The notes: generated by a model not told the origin, from the sequence alone. DNA of 64,000 nt from an uncultured Bacilli bacterium (GCA_934098295.1 CAKONV010000006.1:31595-95594); one strand, 5' to 3'. Counted from the stretch's first letter, positions 48,049-56,974 are shown. Translations and numbers: made by a program.

Positions 48049-48842
48049 ATGAATTTAAAGATAGAATAAGTTCAACGCTTAATCATAAAATTTTAGATGT
48101 TAAAAGTGTTGAAAGAGATGAATCCGGAGAAATTATTTCGATGGAAGTAGAAGTAATCAGAAATGATGAAGAAGGATTAACACAAGAAGGAACACCATTA
48201 AATGCTGAAAGTTTAAATCAAGTAATTAATGAAATGATAGTAACTCAAATTGTTAATTTTATGGATGTTGATCAATCAATTTATATCGATAAAAGGGATC
48301 TAAAATTAAATGAGGAATATAGTGATGATTTTCCGTTAGAAACTACAGGAAAATGTGGTTCAAGTATTACATGGAATGTTGTATCCGGAACAGGAATTGA
48401 AATTGAAGGAAATGTTGCTAAAGTTACACTTCAAAATTATAAGCAAACAGTTGTTTTACGAGCTGTAATTGAAAAAGAAGGTAAAACATTAACAAAAGAT
48501 TTCACTATCGATTTAGTTAATCATTATCAAACAGTAGAAAAAACGTTATCTGTATTTCCTGATGGCTCAAGTGCCATGGTAGCAAGTTTTTATGAAAGTA
48601 TTAATGAAGATGTAGATGTAGTAGTTGAAAATGAATATCCAAATATGATGAGTGTATATTATAAAGTAAATTTAACTGATATGAATGTATATATTAGTAC
48701 AACGGTTGGTAGTGCACCAACTGATGGTGGTGTAACTGAATATGGGTTCGCAGTATTATTAAACTCAAAAGTAACAGGTTTAACTATTAAAAAAGTTAAT
48801 TGTAAGATAAATTTTTTAGATTCAATTACACCAGATGATTAA
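48045..48842 (+). CDS. Phage tail-fibre-like N-terminal motif plus small bacterial Ig-like domain protein
   Basis: The N-terminus (FKDRISSTLNHKIL...QEGTPLNAESLNQ) resembles the conserved start of Firmicute prophage tail-fibre proteins. The middle (SSITWNVVSGTGIEIEGNVAKVTL...VVLRAVIEKEGKTLTKDFTIDLV) resembles the Ig-like segment of the two GH18 lipoproteins. Its start overlaps the holin stop. Confidence 0.45.
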   Translation: MNEFKDRISSTLNHKILDVKSVERDESGEIISMEVEVIRNDEEGLTQEGTPLNAESLNQVINEMIVTQIVNFMDVDQSIYIDKRDLKLNEEYSDDFPLETTGKCGSSITWNVVSGTGIEIEGNVAKVTLQNYKQTVVLRAVIEKEGKTLTKDFTIDLVNHYQTVEKTLSVFPDGSSAMVASFYESINEDVDVVVENEYPNMMSVYYKVNLTDMNVYISTTVGSAPTDGGVTEYGFAVLLNSKVTGLTIKKVNCKINFLDSITPDD

Positions 48843-48861
48843 TAATAGGAGGAATAAAAAT

Positions 48862-50214
48862 ATGAAATTATTAAAATTAAAAAATAAGTTAGAAAAAAAG
48901 AATTTTAAAAAAAGAGAATTAAAAAAAGAATATTTAAACAAAAAAACAAAACAAAATGATAAAGATTTAGTCATTATTGGAGTTACAGGAAGCCGTGGAA
49001 AATCTACAACAGCTTTAATGATGCATGAGTATTTAAAATCAAGGGGCTATAAATCAGTTTTATATTCAAGCGTTATGGTAGATTCACCAGCTAGTCATTA
49101 TAAGAAAAATGAAGCATATGAAGTTGCTGTAAGAGATGAAAAAGCATTATTAAGCATTATTGAAGAAGCAGAAGCATATGGAGCAGAATATTTAGTATTA
49201 GAAGTAAATGAGAGTGCATTAGCAAAAGGTTTCCTAAAAGATGTTCCATTTGATGTAAGAGTACTTACTAATTTAAATCCAAAACATAATTTAGAAGAGT
49301 ATACAGAAGAAGAATATGTTGAATTAAAGAAATCATTTTTCAAAGATATTGAAGAAGAGTGCAAATGTGTATTAGGATTTCAAGATTATGACAAGGAATT
49401 ATTAGATAAATTATTACAATTAAACAAATATCCTAAATATATTGCAGCAAGTAATTACATTGCAAATGTAAAAGGATTAAATGCTAACGAAGTAACTGGG
49501 TTATTAACAGGTCTAGAAACAGATATTGATGGTATGAAATTACAATTTAGATTAAATGGCAAAACATATGAGTTAGATACAAATTTATTGATGTCATATA
49601 ATGCATTAAATGTATTAACAGTTTTAACAACATTAGAAGTATTAGGAGTACTTAATGTATCACAATTTGAAAAAATGCTAAATGGATTAGTTATTCCAGG
49701 CAGAGCAGAAGTATTTAGAGCTAATGGTAGATTAGTAGTAGTCGATACACATTTACCTGCTATGTTAGAATGTTTAAAAACTTTAAAAGATCAAGGAAAA
49801 GTAAATCAAATTAAAGTAGTTGTTGGTTCAATAGGACATGGCTATAAAAATTGGGAAGAAAAATTTAAAACTGAAGAATTTGCATTACAACGTAAAAAGA
49901 TTAGAAAATATGCAATGAACTTATTAAAAGGTGTCGTGGACTATGTTTATTTAACTGAAAGTGATAGCGGAAAGGAAAACCCATTACATATTTGTGAAGA
50001 AATGAAGTCTTATTTAAATGATGAAATTCCATCAACAATTATTGTTGATAGAGAACAAGCAATTAAACATGCAATTATGGAATCACAAGAAGGTGATGTT
50101 GTATTCATTAGTGGTAGAGGTAATAGAAGAGTATTATGCAATAGTGAAACAACTATGAAATTATTAAAAGATAGTGATGTAGTAAAAGAAGTACTAACAG
50201 AATTAGGATGGTAG
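48862..50214 (+). CDS. Mur-ligase-family protein (MurE-like central and C-terminal domains, no domain 1, degenerate catalytic motifs)
   Basis: It has the P-loop IGVTGSRGKSTT. Blocks collinear with MurE are LEVNESAL, TNLNPKHNLEEY, PGRAEVF, VVVDTHLPAML, VVGSIGHG, LTESDSGKENP and ISGRGNRR. The N-terminus is about 45 Lys-rich residues. The start is set at the ATG behind AGGAGG. Confidence 0.65.
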   Translation: MKLLKLKNKLEKKNFKKRELKKEYLNKKTKQNDKDLVIIGVTGSRGKSTTALMMHEYLKSRGYKSVLYSSVMVDSPASHYKKNEAYEVAVRDEKALLSIIEEAEAYGAEYLVLEVNESALAKGFLKDVPFDVRVLTNLNPKHNLEEYTEEEYVELKKSFFKDIEEECKCVLGFQDYDKELLDKLLQLNKYPKYIAASNYIANVKGLNANEVTGLLTGLETDIDGMKLQFRLNGKTYELDTNLLMSYNALNVLTVLTTLEVLGVLNVSQFEKMLNGLVIPGRAEVFRANGRLVVVDTHLPAMLECLKTLKDQGKVNQIKVVVGSIGHGYKNWEEKFKTEEFALQRKKIRKYAMNLLKGVVDYVYLTESDSGKENPLHICEEMKSYLNDEIPSTIIVDREQAIKHAIMESQEGDVVFISGRGNRRVLCNSETTMKLLKDSDVVKEVLTELGW

Positions 50215-50218
50215 TTAT

Positions 50219-53200
50219 ATGGATAATAGTAAAATATTTCATCCTAATCAAGAACATAATTTGGGGAAAGGATTGTTAAGTGTTAATACTTTTAATGGAA
50301 GAATGTTATATAGTTATCCGATTTCTACAATAGGATTAGGAAATTTTCAAATTGATACAAGTTTAGTTTATAATTCATCATATAATATTAGTGATTTTTA
50401 TGATAAAAAAATAGGGTTTGGTAATGGTTGGAAATATAGTTTTGAACAATTTATTTTCAAATATAAAGATGAATATAATTTAGAAGGATTTAATTTATTA
50501 GATTATGTTTATATAGATAGTAATTGGTGTATACATAGATTTATTAAATATAAAGATTGTGAGGGATATGACAATCCAAGAAGTGTATATTATGATGAAA
50601 GTGGTACAGGTTTAAAGTTAATTGTATCTAATAATTCTAATCATCAAATGTTTGATGAATATGGAAATACATATTATTTTGATAAAGATAGTAGTAAATT
50701 AATCAATATAATTTCGGGAGTAAATACTTTGATTATTAAGAATATTGAATATGATGAGGCAAAAGATAAAGTACTTTCAATATATGATTCAAGAAAAAGT
50801 AATAGAAGAATAAAATTTGATTACAATCAAAATAATTTACCTGAAAAATCTTACTCAACACACTCAAATATTTATTACACATTTGAATATGATAATGAAA
50901 AACTAGTAAGAATTTTTAAAGGAAATGATTTAAAGAAAAAGAAAGTACATGAGTTTCTATATGATAAATCATTAATTAATTGTATTATTAATAATGAAAA
51001 TTATCAAGCAATTAAGTTAGAATATAATTTAAATAATAATTATGTACTCAATAAAATAACTTTGGGTGCTATGAAATACAAAGTTATTGCTGAAGATATA
51101 GATGCAGAGTTATATTGTGGTGATGATTTATATTCTAAAGGAACATATTATATAAACCACAAAGGTAAAAAATATATTGAATCAAATTTTATGCCTAATG
51201 AGTATATTTATTCAATAATTACATATGATTATCATTTATCATATACTGAAGAAACAAATAAAAAGGGAATTAAAATGAGATATTATTTTGATATTGATGG
51301 ACATCAAATAAGTAGTTTAGAGTATAATGTTAATAATAATAATTCATTGGAGTTTCATCATTATACTTCATCAAAACCAACAGGATGGGAAATAGGCAAT
51401 AATGGAGATTCAAATTTCTTTATAAATGATAAAAGGGCAAGCATTATATATAAAAATAATAATAAATATTCATTTAGTATCAACAATAGTGATTTATCTT
51501 TATTTAAAAATATTTTCTTAGATGAAACAGAAAAAACTTCTGAACATTTTTCTTTGTCATTTTGGTTAATGTTTAATGATTATAACGATTCAGATCTTCT
51601 TGCAAAAGTGAATTATACCATTATAGATGATAGTACCGGTAGTGATAATGTAAAACAATCTCAAGTTATTATTAAAAATACGTTGGGTGGAACATGGCAA
51701 TATGTTTCAGTACCTTTAAATCTTGAAACAAGTCAAACAACATTAAAAAATATTTCAATAGTATTTGATGCTGATGCTGAAAGTACATTAGAAAATACTC
51801 AATTATTCATTGCGGATATTAGAATCAATAAAGGAAACAAACAAACTATATGTATTGATAACTTAAAATCAGATGACAAATCATATATGGAATTAAAAAT
51901 AGGTGGCAAACTTTATTATTATGATAATTATGAAAGAGAAGTAACATTATCTCCTCAATTTTATATGACAGAGGCAGATATTATTGCGACATACAGAAGT
52001 TTGTATTATAGTATAAAAAATGATGATACTTATTATGAATTATTTTATTGCAATAAAACAAAAATTAAAGCTGTTACATACATCAGTATGTTACCATTTT
52101 ATTTGACTAATGATTTAACGATAAGAAATAATCATAAATATTATACCTTTGATTTTGGGGAATACATAGATGAACATAATAAACAAAATTTAGAAACACC
52201 AAATTATCATTTTAGATATATTGATTTAGTAGCTATTAATGAAAATAAAAAATCTTATAGAGTTACAGAAATTCAAAGAAAAATAAAAGAACGTAAAAAT
52301 GATAGATTTGTTTTTGAAACACATACTTTAATTAATGTTGTTGATGATAATAAATCAATTCAAAGATTGGATGTAAGTAATTCAGTATGTAGTGTAGTAG
52401 AAGAAAATGATGATGGAACTGAAATAAAAAAGAAGTATATAAAGAGATTATATGGTGATGATAATCAAGTTGAGAGGGAAATTTATATAATTAATGAAAA
52501 TGTGTATGATTCATTCGGAAACTTATTAAAAGTAATAACAAAAGCAAATGCTTCAACAAATGAACAATTAGTGAAAGAATATACATATTATGAAAGTAAT
52601 CCAGAGAAAAATGAGTATGTAGATGAAATTAAAGAAAATGGAAATATTGTTAAAACATTATATAATGAAGATGGTAATATTAATAACTTAATTTTTCAAT
52701 ATGATAAAAAATATATTAATGGAATTGTTGAAACAACAAATTTAACTGTAACAAATCGGTTAGAATATTTATATAATGATTTCAATGAACTAATTGGATT
52801 AAATTTTTATGATAGTAATAATAAATTAATTGGTGAAAATAAACTAAATTATAATAAATATGGAACTTTTAATAAACTAAATAATAAAAGTAATGTTAAT
52901 TATGGATTTATTTATAATGCATATGCTGAATTATGTGAAATTTATAGGAATAAGAAGTTGTTACAAAGACAAATTAAAGAATTAACTGATACATATGATA
53001 TATATAAATATTATGTATATCATGGTAATAGTTCATATTCAATAACTGATGTTTATGATGAAGTCAATAGGCTTAAAACTAGTTCTGTAGATGTACTAAA
53101 TAGTAGTATGGTAGAAAATGTTCAAAATATATTATTTGAATATGAAGATAATATGACAAATTTTTCAAGATCATTAGAAAGAATTAAAAAGATTAAGGAT

Positions 53201-55132
53201 TTGTTGACAAATAAAACTTATGTATATGAATATGAAGACAGCATTGAAGATGGAACTACGACTAAAATAATAGAAAATAATGATTACTCTATAACTATTA
53301 AATCTAATGGTGCTAAAATTTATGATATACCAAATGATAAAAAGCAAATTAAATATATATCAGAAATAGAAGATCAGATGAATAATAATCCTAAATATAG
53401 TTACAACTATACTAAATTAAAAAAATCTGATGAGTGGGAAGAAAATATTTATAATTCTTTTGATTATGCATATGATGACTTAGGAAGGTTAATTAGTAAA
53501 AAGTTGAAACCAGATGAATATACAAACGCTACAATATTTATTAATAAAAATATTTCATATTACGAAAATACTTGTCTTCCAAAAGAAATTATATATAATG
53601 TAAATTCAAAATTAAAAAACAATGAAAATACAGAAGTTAATGCAAATTTAATTTATGAAAATTCTTATGTTAAGGGTAATGTAGTGAGGGTATTAGAAAA
53701 TGGAAGTAGATTTATAAAAAATCCTAAAAATATATCTTCACTAGAAAGTACAGCGTTGCAATGTAGAATTACAGATTATGAGTATGATGATAATGATAGA
53801 CTAATTAAAGAAGTAAAATCTGACGGAAGCACATATATGTATACATATGGTGAATTATCAGGTATGATTGAGAAGGTATCAAAAGATACAAAAGATAATA
53901 TAATTAAAATATTAGAGTATAAGTCTGGTCAATTGACAAAAGTAAATGACTATGATATAATCTACGATAATTATGGTAATATAGTTGAATATAATGATAT
54001 ATCAATCAGTTATAATTTTAAAAATTTAATGAAAAAATATGTTAATGCAAATGATACATATTTATTTGAATATAATTATGAAGGAATCAGAACTAAAAAA
54101 CAAAAAAATAATGATTATGAAGTCAATTATTATCTTGATGGAACAAAAATCATTGGAGAAGATGTAATAGATTTAAATTCAAATCAAATTATAAGAAAAT
54201 TTAGATATTATTATGATGCAAATGATATATGTGGTATTAATTATATTATAGATGATGTTGACCATTTCTTTAATTTAGTTAAAGATTCACTTGGAAATAT
54301 TTCTAAGGTAATGTATAGAGGGAAAATAGTTGGTGAATACATTTATGATGCGTGGGGAAATTGCGAAACTAAAATATTTACTGATACAAATCCAAACGAA
54401 ATAGATAATTGCATTGTAAATTATAATCCTTTTAGATTTAAGGGATATTATTGTGATTTAGAAACAAATTTATATTACTGTCAATCCAGATACTATAATC
54501 CTAGAATATATCAATGGTTAAGCCCAGATAGTATAGAATATTTGGATTATGAAAATATTAATGGATTAAATTTATACTGCTATTGTGATAATAATCCAAT
54601 TAATCGCTTAGACTCAACTGGCTATTTTACGTTACTTGCAATAGGAATTTCATTAGGCTTATCATTACTTTTTGAAGTAATTGAAGATGTTAAAAAGGAT
54701 GGTAAATTAGGTGGAGATAAAGATGCGATGGATTATTTAGGTGCTACTATTTCTGGTATATTAGGAGGAATGAGTGGACCAGCTGGAGCATTACTTGGTG
54801 TATTTGGTGATTTAGCAGATGCCGCTATTTCAGGAGATTTAGCTGAAAATGGTTTAGGTGCTACATTACAAGATATTGTATTGTCAAATATAGTATCATT
54901 TGGAGTTGATTTAGGTGTTAAGGGTCTATTTGATGCAAAACAATTTAAGAAATTAACGTCTAACGCTAATGCAAATAAAAAGCTTGTAAAATCTTTAGGT
55001 GGAAGTTATAGTTTTAAAAAGAATGGTAAAACTGCTAAAGCATTTAAAGAAGCTATTAAAGAAACTGAATGGTTTGCAAAAAAATATACATCGCAACTTG
55101 TTTCAGAATTAACTACATTAATTATTTTTTAA
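50219..55132 (+). CDS. RHS / YD-repeat polymorphic toxin, no signal peptide, glycine-zipper C-terminal domain
   Basis: It has an RHS-type N-terminal strand (LSVNTFNGRMLYSYPIS...GFGNGWKYSF) and many YD repeats (FDEYGNTYYF, YDSFGNLLKV, YDDLGRLISK, YDNYGNIVEY, and others). The RHS-associated core is YDAWGN...NPFRFKGYYCDLETNLYYCQSRYYNPRIYQWLSPDS...DNNPINRLDSTGY, followed by a 168-aa variable tail (54626-55129). Confidence 0.9.
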   Translation: MDNSKIFHPNQEHNLGKGLLSVNTFNGRMLYSYPISTIGLGNFQIDTSLVYNSSYNISDFYDKKIGFGNGWKYSFEQFIFKYKDEYNLEGFNLLDYVYIDSNWCIHRFIKYKDCEGYDNPRSVYYDESGTGLKLIVSNNSNHQMFDEYGNTYYFDKDSSKLINIISGVNTLIIKNIEYDEAKDKVLSIYDSRKSNRRIKFDYNQNNLPEKSYSTHSNIYYTFEYDNEKLVRIFKGNDLKKKKVHEFLYDKSLINCIINNENYQAIKLEYNLNNNYVLNKITLGAMKYKVIAEDIDAELYCGDDLYSKGTYYINHKGKKYIESNFMPNEYIYSIITYDYHLSYTEETNKKGIKMRYYFDIDGHQISSLEYNVNNNNSLEFHHYTSSKPTGWEIGNNGDSNFFINDKRASIIYKNNNKYSFSINNSDLSLFKNIFLDETEKTSEHFSLSFWLMFNDYNDSDLLAKVNYTIIDDSTGSDNVKQSQVIIKNTLGGTWQYVSVPLNLETSQTTLKNISIVFDADAESTLENTQLFIADIRINKGNKQTICIDNLKSDDKSYMELKIGGKLYYYDNYEREVTLSPQFYMTEADIIATYRSLYYSIKNDDTYYELFYCNKTKIKAVTYISMLPFYLTNDLTIRNNHKYYTFDFGEYIDEHNKQNLETPNYHFRYIDLVAINENKKSYRVTEIQRKIKERKNDRFVFETHTLINVVDDNKSIQRLDVSNSVCSVVEENDDGTEIKKKYIKRLYGDDNQVEREIYIINENVYDSFGNLLKVITKANASTNEQLVKEYTYYESNPEKNEYVDEIKENGNIVKTLYNEDGNINNLIFQYDKKYINGIVETTNLTVTNRLEYLYNDFNELIGLNFYDSNNKLIGENKLNYNKYGTFNKLNNKSNVNYGFIYNAYAELCEIYRNKKLLQRQIKELTDTYDIYKYYVYHGNSSYSITDVYDEVNRLKTSSVDVLNSSMVENVQNILFEYEDNMTNFSRSLERIKKIKDLLTNKTYVYEYEDSIEDGTTTKIIENNDYSITIKSNGAKIYDIPNDKKQIKYISEIEDQMNNNPKYSYNYTKLKKSDEWEENIYNSFDYAYDDLGRLISKKLKPDEYTNATIFINKNISYYENTCLPKEIIYNVNSKLKNNENTEVNANLIYENSYVKGNVVRVLENGSRFIKNPKNISSLESTALQCRITDYEYDDNDRLIKEVKSDGSTYMYTYGELSGMIEKVSKDTKDNIIKILEYKSGQLTKVNDYDIIYDNYGNIVEYNDISISYNFKNLMKKYVNANDTYLFEYNYEGIRTKKQKNNDYEVNYYLDGTKIIGEDVIDLNSNQIIRKFRYYYDANDICGINYIIDDVDHFFNLVKDSLGNISKVMYRGKIVGEYIYDAWGNCETKIFTDTNPNEIDNCIVNYNPFRFKGYYCDLETNLYYCQSRYYNPRIYQWLSPDSIEYLDYENINGLNLYCYCDNNPINRLDSTGYFTLLAIGISLGLSLLFEVIEDVKKDGKLGGDKDAMDYLGATISGILGGMSGPAGALLGVFGDLADAAISGDLAENGLGATLQDIVLSNIVSFGVDLGVKGLFDAKQFKKLTSNANANKKLVKSLGGSYSFKKNGKTAKAFKEAIKETEWFAKKYTSQLVSELTTLIIF

Positions 55133-55145
55133 AAAAGGAGAAGTT

Positions 55146-55721
55146 ATGAAGTTAACTAAATATGAATATAAACATAATCGATTTGGAAATAGAAAAGTGT
55201 ATAGATTAGGAGCTTATTTTCCTCCAGTGGCAAGAATATTTATGATTGTGATAGTAAATATAGTTACTATTTTAACTATTTTTGACATTGTCTATTCAAA
55301 AAATATTCCTTTAATTAATAATATAATATGCTTATTATTAATAATAATTTTTAGTTTTTTGGTAATAGAATATAATCCATTATTTATTTTTTCAATAATT
55401 ATACGTGGTATATGTTATATATTTTCAAAGAATAATCATCAAAAAAAATTAATTTATAGTTTATTAAGAGATTATAATAATATTATTAATTTTGAAAAAA
55501 AAATGGGCATTACAGATGTGAATATTTCCTTTTTTAATCCATTTAAAATTTATTTTAAAAAAAATGGTAAAAAAGGTAGTATTACTATTAAAATTATAAA
55601 GTGTGGTAAAACTACTGAAAAGAATCAAATGACTGATTACAAAAAGTATAATGACTATATATTTTATTTAAAAACTGAAATCATAAAAGTATACAAAGAA
55701 GATACAACACTTAATAATTAA
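55146..55721 (+). CDS. Polytopic membrane protein, candidate cognate immunity protein
   Basis: It lies immediately downstream of the RHS gene. It is 191 aa with three hydrophobic helices (IFMIVIVNIVTILTIFDIV, IICLLLIIIFSFLVI, LFIFSIIIRGICYIF). No family was recognised. Confidence 0.5.
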   Translation: MKLTKYEYKHNRFGNRKVYRLGAYFPPVARIFMIVIVNIVTILTIFDIVYSKNIPLINNIICLLLIIIFSFLVIEYNPLFIFSIIIRGICYIFSKNNHQKKLIYSLLRDYNNIINFEKKMGITDVNISFFNPFKIYFKKNGKKGSITIKIIKCGKTTEKNQMTDYKKYNDYIFYLKTEIIKVYKEDTTLNN

Positions 55722-55835
55722 ATTAACTATAATTGTATAAAAATTGTAAAAATCATATTAGTTTTATATTCAAAAATTATTTTATTTACTATTAGTTTTA
55801 TAGTTTTAGTTAATATTTATAACATAAATATATAA

Positions 55836-56672
55836 ATGAATATTAAGAAAAAAATAAGTAAAATTATGTTTTATTTATTGTTTTTGGTAGACCGTAAAGT
55901 TCCCAAAGCAAAAATTGATCAAATTATAAATGATGAAATTAAATGTTTAACTGATGAAGAAATATACATAAAAAGATTATATAATGCTTTAAATTATGTA
56001 TTTAATAATGTTAATCAAATATTTAATGAAGAAAACTTAAATGTAGTATATTATCTTTTAACTAATTCGTTACTTGATAAAGAAATTTCAAATAAAATAG
56101 TTATGACATATTATGAAAATATTGATAATTCTGCGTATTATTTAACAACTCTCATTCATACGTTAATTATTGATAACACGAGTAATGTTGAATTTGCTTT
56201 TATTGTTTCTGAATTTATAATGTTAAAGAAGAAAAAAACTTTATTGGTTCCGCGTGATTTCGTACATAATGATTATAAAAATGCTATTTTAAGTAAAGAT
56301 TTCTCTTTATTTGTAAAGTTAATGCTTGAAATGGAATATATTTGTGAAAATAAAAATCCGTGTAAATATACGAAAAAAGAAATAATTGAAAAAATCAAAT
56401 TGCATAAAAAATATTTAGTAGATACTTTTCATATTCGAAAATTATATTTATTTGGTTCATTTGCTAAAGGAACAAATAATGAAAATAGTGATATTGATTT
56501 TTTAGTAATATTAGATGAATCCTTAATTAATATTGAAAGACTAAATCAAATTGAATTAATAAAAGAATATTTAAGTGAATTATTTGAATGTAGTGTTGAT
56601 GTTCTAGATTTTACTTTCGCTTTGAAAGAACTTGGTGAAAATGAAATAGAACATGCTTTAACTTTAATATAG
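55836..56672 (+). CDS. MNT-type nucleotidyltransferase domain fused to an N-terminal degenerate Fic-like domain
   Basis: The C-terminus has the minimal NTase motif LYLFGSFAKGTNNENSDIDFLVILDE. In the N-terminus, LIHTLIIDNTSNVEFAFIVSEFIMLKKKKTLLVP lines up with the Fic core IHPFxDGNGRxxRll...g.pp, but the catalytic residues are replaced. Confidence 0.5.
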   Translation: MNIKKKISKIMFYLLFLVDRKVPKAKIDQIINDEIKCLTDEEIYIKRLYNALNYVFNNVNQIFNEENLNVVYYLLTNSLLDKEISNKIVMTYYENIDNSAYYLTTLIHTLIIDNTSNVEFAFIVSEFIMLKKKKTLLVPRDFVHNDYKNAILSKDFSLFVKLMLEMEYICENKNPCKYTKKEIIEKIKLHKKYLVDTFHIRKLYLFGSFAKGTNNENSDIDFLVILDESLINIERLNQIELIKEYLSELFECSVDVLDFTFALKELGENEIEHALTLI

Positions 56673-56847
56673 ATTGCTAAAGAAGAACTTATCACCCAAT
56701 AAATTAGTATGTAGTTCTTGTATAACATCTATTAATAATTATACGAACAGAAAAACCGGATATCAAATGTACTTATTTCAAAAACTTGACTAGATAAGTC
56801 TAGAGTATCTTAGGGGGGTTAAGTACACAAAATAGTCGGTTTTTAAC

Positions 56848-56876
56848 TTGCAAACTCACGCGACAAATGGTATAAT
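56848..56876 (+). promoter_or_regulatory. Sigma-A-type promoter upstream of the ImmA-like gene
   Basis: It is TTGCAA, a 17-nt spacer, then TATAAT. The leader contains the hairpin GGACTCCA-tcaatag-TGGAGTTC followed by TTTATT. Confidence 0.55.
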
Positions 56877-56974
56877 ATTTATGTAGTTACCATTTGGTGG
56901 AAATTTAACTTTGTAAAACAGGACTCCATCAATAGTGGAGTTCTTTATTACATTATTATGGGGTATGAAAAGCA

